A program made the position numbers and the translations under genes. This document shows positions 47,752-56,105 of a stretch of 64,000 nucleotides of DNA, one piece after another. Source of the DNA: a virus (Duplodnaviria; Heunggongvirae; Uroviricota; Caudoviricetes). How positions within the stretch are numbered: the first letter of the stretch is position 1; the number at the start of each line of letters is the position of its first letter. Under the pieces are notes generated by a model. The model had not been told where the DNA came from, ran no database searches, and worked only from the letters and a program-made list of their open reading frames with translations. The DNA lies in IMG/VR virus record IMGVR_UViG_3300032007_000006, positions 32,001-96,000 of that record. The stretch is one strand, 5' to 3'.

Positions 47752-48183
47752 CTACACCATTCGCATGTCAAGGGCCGTACTATGGGCCAAATCCATTAAA
47801 ATGACCTTGCCGTCCACTCCAATGCGAAGAACAATTGAGCATCCCATTTCCTGCGCCTTTTCAATGACCGACTTGAATAGAGTTCCTTCATAGTCGGAAG
47901 ACATTACAAAGACTTGATCTCCACAGTCATAGTCCTGAGACAGTCCTTCGCAGGCAAATGCTGCCATTGTCGGCAGGCATCCAAAATTCTTCTTCTGAGA
48001 CATGGTCTGCAGCTCTTCCATTAAAGACTGCCTTTGATCTTCTGGAGCAGAGTCCAGAAAGACTATCAATGATGCTAGTCCTTTTTCCTGCCGCTTGTCA
48101 AGCAGATCCTTTGCAGGCGCTCCCAGCACGGCAATATACATTGCATAGCCTTCTCCATTTCCAATGAACATCTTGCACTTCAT
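47752..48183 (-). CDS. Hypothetical protein, possibly a degenerate SAMase-fold paralog
   Basis: 143-aa ORF next to the SAM lyase-like gene. Confidence 0.55.
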   Translation of the reverse strand: MKCKMFIGNGEGYAMYIAVLGAPAKDLLDKRQEKGLASLIVFLDSAPEDQRQSLMEELQTMSQKKNFGCLPTMAAFACEGLSQDYDCGDQVFVMSSDYEGTLFKSVIEKAQEMGCSIVLRIGVDGKVILMDLAHSTALDMRMV

Positions 48184-48188
48184 TTCCG

Positions 48189-48890
48189 CTATCCCCTTTT
48201 CCTGTGGTCATACTTGGCCAGACGAGCCGAAACGTTGTATAGCTGATTGGGCACCATGGCCTGCCACTTATGTCCAACCTCAAAGGTTACAAGACATTTG
48301 ATTACTTCCGGAAGCCTTGCGGAGAAGTCTACCTTGTCATCAGGCTTGACTTTCAGAACAGAACACATGTATGCAGTGTATTCGGCCCTGTCCGTCTTGG
48401 TATAGCGTTCAACGAACTTCCTTACAGTCTGAATGTTGTGCCTATGCTGGTAGTTCAGTGCAACCAGTCCAGCCGCGCGAAGCGAAAAGATGCGATCAGA
48501 GAATATGACAAAGCCTTCCTTGTCAACTCCGATCTGCCCGACAAACTTGTCTCCGTTCTCCAACTCCTTGATATTGCCTAAATTATTGTTCCTTACTCCA
48601 GTAGGCAGATGAAGCCTTTCGTTTGGCGTCAGCGAGGCGTGGATTGCAGGAACATATCTAACTTTTGTCTTGACAATCTCCTTTGACGCCTTGACGTTCT
48701 TCAGGTCTTTCTGCAGCTTGGCAATCTGAGCTTCCTTTTTAGACAGAACGTCATGCAGGCAGACATTCGTTCCATACAGATGGCACATGCTTAAAGCGAT
48801 TGCCGCGATGGAGGCGCAGGCCAGACCACGGGGAGTTAAAAGATGCTTGACAGCAGATTTGGACGCCTTGAAAAAATCAGCAGTCTTCAT
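48189..48890 (-). CDS. Lysozyme-like protein with N-terminal hydrophobic anchor and coiled coil
   Basis: GVRNNNLGNIK..GFVIF..RA...Y....TV...ERY motifs; GLACASIAAIALSM hydrophobic segment; AGGAG RBS; promoter TTGACA-17-CAAAGT at 48949-48977. Confidence 0.7.
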   Translation of the reverse strand: MKTADFFKASKSAVKHLLTPRGLACASIAAIALSMCHLYGTNVCLHDVLSKKEAQIAKLQKDLKNVKASKEIVKTKVRYVPAIHASLTPNERLHLPTGVRNNNLGNIKELENGDKFVGQIGVDKEGFVIFSDRIFSLRAAGLVALNYQHRHNIQTVRKFVERYTKTDRAEYTAYMCSVLKVKPDDKVDFSARLPEVIKCLVTFEVGHKWQAMVPNQLYNVSARLAKYDHRKRG

Positions 48891-49036
48891 AGAAATGCTC
48901 CTTTTCAGAAAAGTTTGTTCAACCAGCCTATCCCTAGCTGGCCAGAACACTTTGCCATAGGAGCAGAGACCTGTCAAGCGGTCCTCGTCAATTTTTCGCT
49001 GTCCCGTAAAATTCCTTCCGAGACCTCTCGGAGAGC

Positions 49037-49495
49037 CTAGAGAGACAGATTTTTCTCTTTAGAAGAGGCAAGTTTTCTAGCAATTCTCTTGACTTCTTCT
49101 ACTGAAGTCTCAAACGGCTGTCCGCCATTGACTTGTGGATGGCTGACCTTGACTTTCGTTGAACCAGTGACGCATTTTCCAGACTGCCGGCAGGAAAGAA
49201 TGATGGAATATCTATGCTCATCCATGGCCTTTATCATTCTCTTCTGATAGTCATACAGCTTGAGAGGAATGAGGCCTCTATCTACATGAACTACCTTCAT
49301 GTAGTGTTCGGCAAAATAGCATGGATCTTTCATGCATTTTTCAATTTCTTCAAGATGCCATTCAGTCAATCCAACGGAAACATTCTCCCGCTTTAAAAGG
49401 GGATTTCCATTGAATGTGCAGTCTGGTACTACGGCCTGTTTAGATGCATCTTCCAGTTGCTCTGCCAGCACATTCTGTTTCTGATCTTCCGGCAT
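49037..49495 (-). CDS. gp17: Terminase large subunit N-terminal fragment fused to an N-terminal split-intein fragment
   Basis: GNPLLKR..EIEKC..DP.YFAE.Y..VHVDRGL..LYDYQK..RQSGK, then CVTGSTKVKV (intein block A-like, Cys108 codon at 49172-49174); stop follows a 45-aa fragment. Confidence 0.88.
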   Translation of the reverse strand: MPEDQKQNVLAEQLEDASKQAVVPDCTFNGNPLLKRENVSVGLTEWHLEEIEKCMKDPCYFAEHYMKVVHVDRGLIPLKLYDYQKRMIKAMDEHRYSIILSCRQSGKCVTGSTKVKVSHPQVNGGQPFETSVEEVKRIARKLASSKEKNLSL

Positions 49496-51198
49496 TCCCT
49501 GTCCTCCTTGATACAGTCCACAAGCGATTCAGACTTTGGACATCTTGAATAGTGGCTGTTTTCTCCAATGCAGAACTGGTCTACAGTGGTTCTTGAATGA
49601 ATGGAACCAACATACAGTTCATTGGCCCTGTACTGCAGGAAGGCCATGAACGCCTTTCTATGCTCTTCTGGAACAATGTCCATCATTTCAAGCGCCAGCA
49701 TCAATGCTTCTATCTTGGCCTGAACGGCCTTTTCTCCAAGTCTGGCGTCTAGAATGGATTCGATGGCATAGGCATTGTCTGCAATGTAGTCTGGAACGTC
49801 AAGTCCATTTGCGCCATAGTCAACATGCCTTCCATGAACAAAGACAGGAAGAAGACACCAGCAGTCCACATAAAGACCAGCATATTCAGAGAAGGAATCA
49901 ACAAGAATTCCAGTTCTGTTCAGTGGATTGATAAAATGCATGTCCAGCGTCTGCCAGTTGCATAGAATGTTTCCCAAAGTCAAATTTCCATGCACTAGTC
50001 TTCCGCCAGTGCCGTTATGAAACACGGACTTTCTGTCCTTGACATGGCTTTCCATCCATTCAAGATGTCTCTTCAGTAAAGTGTCCCATTTAATCATTGA
50101 AAATGTTGGAACTTTTGCGGCAATTAAATCCGTCCATCTATCTGAAATGCGTTCAAGAAATCTTGTTCTGTCCTTTCTGTCTGCATCGGAACGCCAGTCC
50201 GGATCCTTTTCTGTCCAGAAATTCTCTTCTAGAATGTCCAGAGCCTTTTCAACCATCTCTTTCATGGACTTTTCGTCCATTTTTCTCTGCATCATGACAG
50301 CCTGTATTGAAGAATCAGGAATAAGCTGCAATTCTATCCAGTTGCAGTATTCACCTCGAATATTTGGTCCTCTGTCAACAGGATTTTGAAGATATGTTTT
50401 CTGCACTGAATTGGCGCTTTCAAGGAAGTCCCATCGATCCCAAAGTTCCGACTGCACCATGCGTTCCGTCTTCCATACGGATGGCGTCCACTTTTTAGTT
50501 CTCCAGGCATTTGAAGTCTTTATGGTCTGTCTTTGGCAGTCAATTTCAACAGCAAATGGAAGCGTTGAATCTGCTTCGGCCTGACGCTTCCAGGCCATAA
50601 TGTAGTCTTTTCTTGTATTCAATGGAAGAAATGCATCAGAAGCGTCAAGTGCTTCCATTCTTCCTCTCTGCATCAATTCGCTTTCAAGACGTTCCATTGA
50701 CCATTCATCATTTTGATCTAGAGAAACCATAAGATTGACGGCTTCAACAAAATCAGCCAGCTTCCACACGCTTAACGGCTTTCCATCAGCATACGCTCTA
50801 AATGAACCAAGACTTCCATCGGTAAATTTGGAAATGTCTAAAGCATACAAATCTGGACGCATTATCAACACTTCAGGATTTTGTCCATGTCTTTCGCTTA
50901 ACCAGTCGAATGCTCCCCAGATGTCATCATCAATTCCCTGGGCATTGTCATCCTTTAGAAACACGAACTTTGTCTTGAAAAATTCATCATGCATTCCAAA
51001 TCTGGCCCAGTTTTCAAAGTCCTTTAGACCAGAGCCAACAAGCACTATCTTTTCAAAAAATTCCTCAAGTCGTTGAAGATCGTCAAGAATCGTGGCACAC
51101 ACTGGTCGTTCTCCAACAAGAAGCATGGCCTTTGGAGTTTCTGCTCCACAATTTGAAATTGTTTTTTCCAGTCCTGACGTTGACAGTATGCAGATCAT
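49429..51198 (-). CDS. Nucleotidyltransferase-like plus kinase-like fusion, apparently catalytically degenerate
   Basis: N-terminal PKAMLLVGERP; C-terminal LVHGNLTLGNIL..FINP; late promoter at 51224. Confidence 0.65.
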   Translation of the reverse strand: MICILSTSGLEKTISNCGAETPKAMLLVGERPVCATILDDLQRLEEFFEKIVLVGSGLKDFENWARFGMHDEFFKTKFVFLKDDNAQGIDDDIWGAFDWLSERHGQNPEVLIMRPDLYALDISKFTDGSLGSFRAYADGKPLSVWKLADFVEAVNLMVSLDQNDEWSMERLESELMQRGRMEALDASDAFLPLNTRKDYIMAWKRQAEADSTLPFAVEIDCQRQTIKTSNAWRTKKWTPSVWKTERMVQSELWDRWDFLESANSVQKTYLQNPVDRGPNIRGEYCNWIELQLIPDSSIQAVMMQRKMDEKSMKEMVEKALDILEENFWTEKDPDWRSDADRKDRTRFLERISDRWTDLIAAKVPTFSMIKWDTLLKRHLEWMESHVKDRKSVFHNGTGGRLVHGNLTLGNILCNWQTLDMHFINPLNRTGILVDSFSEYAGLYVDCWCLLPVFVHGRHVDYGANGLDVPDYIADNAYAIESILDARLGEKAVQAKIEALMLALEMMDIVPEEHRKAFMAFLQYRANELYVGSIHSRTTVDQFCIGENSHYSRCPKSESLVDCIKEDRECRKIRNRMCWQSNWKMHLNRP

Positions 51199-51281
51199 TT
51201 GTTTTTCGATGGGAAGCTGGGCTTATTTACAACGTCTTCTTAGAGGCTGTAAATATTTCTACACATTGCATTCAATAGTCT

Positions 51282-52271
51282 ATGGCCATAGAATCGGCAA
51301 AAGATCTTTATGTTGCCAATGGAGCAGATCTCCGTCATTGGCATGACGTATCATCAGACATTATCAAGTATCTGAAGGACAAAATTGAACGAGCTGCATC
51401 GGCCGTAGTATACAAAGGCGTTCTTCCCAACTTGGAATCAATCAATGACATAGATGACGCCTTAAAGGGAGACGTATGGACGAATGAAGAGACTGGCGTC
51501 AACTTCATGTGGAATGGAGAGAACTGGATTCCGGTCAGTCTTTTCAGAATGGACTTTGACAAGGAAGCCATTGAAGATTCTGTCAATGGAATCCAGTCTG
51601 GATACATCTGGAAGTCTCTTCAAAATTTCATTGATGATCCAACAATATACAGAATAGTCAACAGCGTTGATGAAGATTCTGAATTGCAGAATTATATCCA
51701 CGATATTTCAAATCAGCTGGCCGATCTCATTCAGGATCTGGAAGAACTAAAGGAAAAATATGACAGACTTCCAAATCCAATTATTTCGGAACAGGATGGC
51801 AATGAAATTTCAAAGTCGGAAGAGGATGGTGGAGCGTATTTTGATTCTGAACACTGTCGTCTTGCAGACAAGCTGGCGGTTCTGGAATCCACTGTACAGA
51901 ATTCAATTACAAACAACGTTACAGTAATTGATGAATTGGATGGAAATCCAATTATCATTAATAAATCAAGTCCTGACGTAATCTATATTGAAGCAGATCA
52001 GGACGTTCATCTATTTTTTGAACCAGCAGAAAGGTATGCGTGGATAGTAAAGCACGTCTACATTGATTCTCTAGCAAACATATCTCTTCTAGTAGAAAAT
52101 GCATCGTTTGCCAATGTTGAAGAAGACCCCCACTATGGACAGTTAGGCTATGGTCTGCTGTTCAAGTGCATATGGATTGGAGGAAAGGTCATTCTTGAGG
52201 TGTTGGACAATTCGCAGTGCAAAACCAATGTTGAATCCTGGAAGGAAGAATCAGACGTTCAAAATCCATAA
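51282..52271 (+). CDS. Virion fibre-associated protein
   Basis: YKG.LP....GDVW..E.TG.NFMWNG..W fibre module; C-terminal domain similar to that of the 23796 protein; late promoter. Confidence 0.65.
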   Translation: MAIESAKDLYVANGADLRHWHDVSSDIIKYLKDKIERAASAVVYKGVLPNLESINDIDDALKGDVWTNEETGVNFMWNGENWIPVSLFRMDFDKEAIEDSVNGIQSGYIWKSLQNFIDDPTIYRIVNSVDEDSELQNYIHDISNQLADLIQDLEELKEKYDRLPNPIISEQDGNEISKSEEDGGAYFDSEHCRLADKLAVLESTVQNSITNNVTVIDELDGNPIIINKSSPDVIYIEADQDVHLFFEPAERYAWIVKHVYIDSLANISLLVENASFANVEEDPHYGQLGYGLLFKCIWIGGKVILEVLDNSQCKTNVESWKEESDVQNP

Positions 52272-52317
52272 AATACTATTCATTGCGTGTAAATATTAAA
52301 GCTTCAGATAACTTCAG

Positions 52318-52587
52318 ATGGAATACATAAAAAATCGTACAAAAATTCTAGTCAAGGATGACAATGGAAGAATTGTTCAAGTCATTCCAGAAACGGAAGC
52401 GGCTTCAGTTCTCATGGGAAATGGAACTGTTGCTGATCGCATTGAAGAATTGGAAAGCGGAAAGGCCGATCTGAATCATTCTCATGCGATTAATGACGTT
52501 TTAACGCTTCAATCCGTTCTTGACGAAAAAAATCCATTAATTGATGAAGTTTCCAATGAAGAAATTCTGAATATAGTAAACAGCTAG
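52318..52587 (+). CDS. Small fibre adaptor-like protein
   Basis: N-terminal KI..KD..G..VQ.IPE shared with 61577; HSH..DV motif; C-terminal VSNEEILNIV. Confidence 0.65.
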   Translation: MEYIKNRTKILVKDDNGRIVQVIPETEAASVLMGNGTVADRIEELESGKADLNHSHAINDVLTLQSVLDEKNPLIDEVSNEEILNIVNS

Positions 52588-52597
52588 GGAGTAAAAA

Positions 52598-53737
52598 ATG
52601 GCGGCAACAAAATATCTAAGCTATGAAGGCCTGCAGTATTTGTGGAGCCTATTAAAGACAAAACTTGGAGCGAAGCAGGACACAATCTCAGATTTGGAGG
52701 AAATCCGTTCAAACGCTTCAACCGGTGCTGGATTAAAGTCAAAGGTTGATGGCATTTCTGAAGGTGCCCAAGTCAACGTAGTTGAAACGATCAAGGTAAA
52801 CAATGCAGCTCTTCCAGTCTCTGGAAAGGCAGTCAATGTTGAAATTCCTACGGCTGCCACAACTGAACCATTAATGGATGGCACGGCTGCAGTAGGTTCT
52901 TCAACAAACTGGGCCAAGGCAGACCATGTTCATCCATCTGACAACACAAAAGTAGACAAAGTGGCTGGAAAGGGACTTTCCACAAATGATCTTACAGATG
53001 ACCTTCTTCTGAAAATCAATGGCATTGAAGCTGGTGGACAGGTTAATGCAGTTGAAATCATTAAAGTCAACAATACGGCTCTGGAGATCAATAACAAGGT
53101 TGTTTCCATTCCAAACGCAACTACTTCAGTCTATGGTGCAACAATTCTCAGTTCAGCAGTCAATTCAACGGCTGAAGATGCGGCCGCAACTCCATTGGCT
53201 GTCAAGACTGCATATGATCTGGCAAATGGAAAGCAGGATCCTGCAACAACTCTTGCTGGATATGGAATTACAGACGTGAGCATTAACAATGGAGTCATAA
53301 GCATTGGAGGAAATTCAATAACTCCATTGACAGCCGCTGAAAATGACGCAACGGCCACTCCATCAATGAATGGAACGGCAGCAGTTGGAACGTCAACGAA
53401 GTATGCAAAGGAAGACCATGTTCATCCATCGGATAATTCCAAGGCCGACAAGGCCACAACTCTTGCTGGATATGGAATTACTGATGCATATACCAAAAGT
53501 CAAATTGACAGCAAGATGACTTCCGCAATGCACTACAAGGGAAGCGTTCAAACAGCCGCAGATCTTCCATCATTAGACAATGAAGCTGGAGACTTCTACA
53601 ACGTTGCAGACACAGGAGAAAACTATGCCTGGGCTCCAGCAGACGGAACTACTCCGGCACATTGGGACATTGTTGGCAACATTATCGACATGCAGGCCAT
53701 TCAGAATTCCGAAATAGACACAATTGTAGCCAGCTAG
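52598..53737 (+). CDS. Fibre protein
   Basis: N-terminal KYLSYEGL; KVDKVAGKGLSTND, AATPLAVK, TTLAGYGITD (x2) and DHVHPSD (x2) motifs; C-terminal IQNSEIDTI. Confidence 0.8.
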   Translation: MAATKYLSYEGLQYLWSLLKTKLGAKQDTISDLEEIRSNASTGAGLKSKVDGISEGAQVNVVETIKVNNAALPVSGKAVNVEIPTAATTEPLMDGTAAVGSSTNWAKADHVHPSDNTKVDKVAGKGLSTNDLTDDLLLKINGIEAGGQVNAVEIIKVNNTALEINNKVVSIPNATTSVYGATILSSAVNSTAEDAAATPLAVKTAYDLANGKQDPATTLAGYGITDVSINNGVISIGGNSITPLTAAENDATATPSMNGTAAVGTSTKYAKEDHVHPSDNSKADKATTLAGYGITDAYTKSQIDSKMTSAMHYKGSVQTAADLPSLDNEAGDFYNVADTGENYAWAPADGTTPAHWDIVGNIIDMQAIQNSEIDTIVAS

Positions 53738-53759
53738 TTGAAATATTAATGGAAATGCT

Positions 53760-53784
53760 AAGGCGGACAAAGTCCGCCTTTTTT
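53760..53784 (+). terminator. Rho-independent terminator
   Basis: aaggcggac-aaa-gtccgcctttttt. Confidence 0.8.
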
Positions 53785-53834
53785 AATGCCTGCATCATTG
53801 CAATGTAAATATTATGTCATCATATTGAACTGGA

Positions 53835-55115
53835 ATGGCTGTTGATACAAAGAAATATCTAGACACTGAAGGCCTTTCTCATTTTTGGGGAAAGATAAAG
53901 AGTTATGTAGGGGAAGCAGTTGAATCAGGAACATCCGACATAGCCAACAAGATTCATTTCGTTGTTCCCGATCAGAAGAGCGCGACTGCGACATTGACTG
54001 CATCGGTGGACGGCATTACGGCACTTGCTCCTGGGCTTGTCATTGCTTTACGGATGCCGTTTAGCAATTATGCCAACACTACGCTGAACATCAATAATCT
54101 TGGTGCAAAACCGCTGTATTATAATTCCGCCACCACGTCTTCAGGCAGGTTTCCTTCTGGATCACTCATTCTTCTGGTCTACGAAACGACAAGCAATGCC
54201 AACGGATGTTTTAAGGCTGTGTACTCCTACAACAGCGATGTAGTCTATTCCACAAGCCTGTATGCGGCTGGTTCGACAGGTGCCACAGAAAACGCATATT
54301 CAACTACAGAACCAGATTCGACATACCTTGTGTCCGTAGATCGCAATTCTGGCGGCAGCGTTACAGGCAGAACCAGCGTACAGCTTCTTGGTTCAGGAAG
54401 CATTTCCGTTACAGCAGATGATGGAATCGTCACTTTTGATTCTCCAGCATACGACAGAATTGACAACGAAATGATAGACACCCTGTACGACAATGAATAT
54501 GTATACATTGACAAGACGTTCAGAATACCGTCAAGAAACTCTCCCGGCGTGAGCGGTTTAATATATACAATTCTATGGAATACGGAAGACGGTTCTGATA
54601 CGGGCTTGGACTATGTAACGTATAGCAGCGAACATGAAAATGAAGACCAAGCCGTCAACGTGCCAAGCAACCAAGACTATGCGCTTTCCGTTCCCGTATG
54701 CAAGCTTAGTTCGTTTGTCGGCTACAACGCCACCGGAATAGCAGTAACTATAGCTGGATATGATGAAGATGATGTCTATCAAGAATACCATACTGTAGGA
54801 TCGTCCATAACTGGATGTACAAGTTCCAAGTATTCGACATTTTCAGGAACGCTTGTCAATGCGGAGGCTTCCGAACATAGTCCAAGCATGGGCCACTATT
54901 GGAGCATCATCGACTTTGATCCGACAGAAATAAATGGTCCAAGCGGTGAAATTACCATTGATCTTGAATTCAATGGAGATGGATTCGATGACTACAATGA
55001 TACGTTTTCGGGAAGAATGGTTGCTCCAGGCGAACCAAAGTTCAGAGTAACGTTCTTCAAGGATCAGTCTGGAACCAATGTTATGATGAAGATCCGCTAC
55101 GTCTGCGTAATGTAG
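53835..55115 (+). CDS. Fibre protein with a unique C-terminal domain
   Basis: N-terminal KYLDTEGL; TLNINNLGAKP module; internal IDNEMIDTL. Confidence 0.75.
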   Translation: MAVDTKKYLDTEGLSHFWGKIKSYVGEAVESGTSDIANKIHFVVPDQKSATATLTASVDGITALAPGLVIALRMPFSNYANTTLNINNLGAKPLYYNSATTSSGRFPSGSLILLVYETTSNANGCFKAVYSYNSDVVYSTSLYAAGSTGATENAYSTTEPDSTYLVSVDRNSGGSVTGRTSVQLLGSGSISVTADDGIVTFDSPAYDRIDNEMIDTLYDNEYVYIDKTFRIPSRNSPGVSGLIYTILWNTEDGSDTGLDYVTYSSEHENEDQAVNVPSNQDYALSVPVCKLSSFVGYNATGIAVTIAGYDEDDVYQEYHTVGSSITGCTSSKYSTFSGTLVNAEASEHSPSMGHYWSIIDFDPTEINGPSGEITIDLEFNGDGFDDYNDTFSGRMVAPGEPKFRVTFFKDQSGTNVMMKIRYVCVM

Positions 55116-55120
55116 AGGCA

Positions 55121-56035
55121 ATGCCGCTAGCATCAATTGCCATTCCCATATGGAATGGCGTCGAATACATTCGCGAATGCATTGCATCCGTAAAATCGCA
55201 AACGCTTTCTGACTTTGAATGCATCGTAGTTGATGACGGATCTACGGATGGAAGCCTTGCCTTGGCAATGGAAGCCGCTGGCGGAGACGAAAGGTTCCGC
55301 TTTTTGAGGCAGGAACATCAAGGGCTTTCTGCTGCAAGAAATGTTGGGGTCGCCAAAGCGTCTTCAAACATAATGTTTCATCTGGACGCCGACGACATTG
55401 CTCTTCCCGGAATGATGGAAGAGGCTTTGCGGTTTCTAGAGGACAACAGTCTGGAAATGGCATTCTTTGATTCGTCTGTGCTGGATGAAGGCGCATCCAA
55501 GATTTTTCTTGAATCCGACAAGCGGTACTTCAAGCGGAAAAAGAACTACGGCATTGGCAGAGGAAGGGACATTTTAACGGATATGTTCAAAAATGGAGAC
55601 TATGTCTATGCCGCATTCCTTCAAGCCGTAAGAAAGAGCAGAATACGCAGGCCGTTCTGTCTTGGTTTGCGGGCGCAGGACAAGCTGTATACCACGCAGA
55701 ATCTTCTGTTGATGGAACGGGTAGGACATCTGCCGAAAGTCCTGCATGTCAAGCGGTGCCACCCAAAATGCATAACGTATTCAAGGCATGATGTTCATTA
55801 TGCTTGGAGCAGGATGAAGACGGGAATGGAATTGCTGAAGATGATGGAGAAAGAAGGCATCGTTCACGAAGAAGCATTCCGCATCGCCGTTTCTGAATTG
55901 GCTTCAGTCGCAAGAACTATGGAATGTCTAGATGGAAAAGAGTCTGAATGGATAGATTCGCTTCCGCTAATGGACAGGGGATTGATGAAGGCATTTGAAC
56001 GGATTTCCGTGCCGCGTAAAATAAAGATGGCATAA
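55121..56035 (+). CDS. Glycosyltransferase family 2
   Basis: SIAIP.WN..YI.EC..S...Q...E.IVVDDGSTDGS, GLSAARN.G and HLDADD motifs. Confidence 0.92.
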   Translation: MPLASIAIPIWNGVEYIRECIASVKSQTLSDFECIVVDDGSTDGSLALAMEAAGGDERFRFLRQEHQGLSAARNVGVAKASSNIMFHLDADDIALPGMMEEALRFLEDNSLEMAFFDSSVLDEGASKIFLESDKRYFKRKKNYGIGRGRDILTDMFKNGDYVYAAFLQAVRKSRIRRPFCLGLRAQDKLYTTQNLLLMERVGHLPKVLHVKRCHPKCITYSRHDVHYAWSRMKTGMELLKMMEKEGIVHEEAFRIAVSELASVARTMECLDGKESEWIDSLPLMDRGLMKAFERISVPRKIKMA

Positions 56036-56105
56036 TGTTTTTGGGAAAGGTAAATATTTCAGCACCGTTTGCGGTTTGTCCGCATTCGCAATACAGCGAA
56101 AACAA

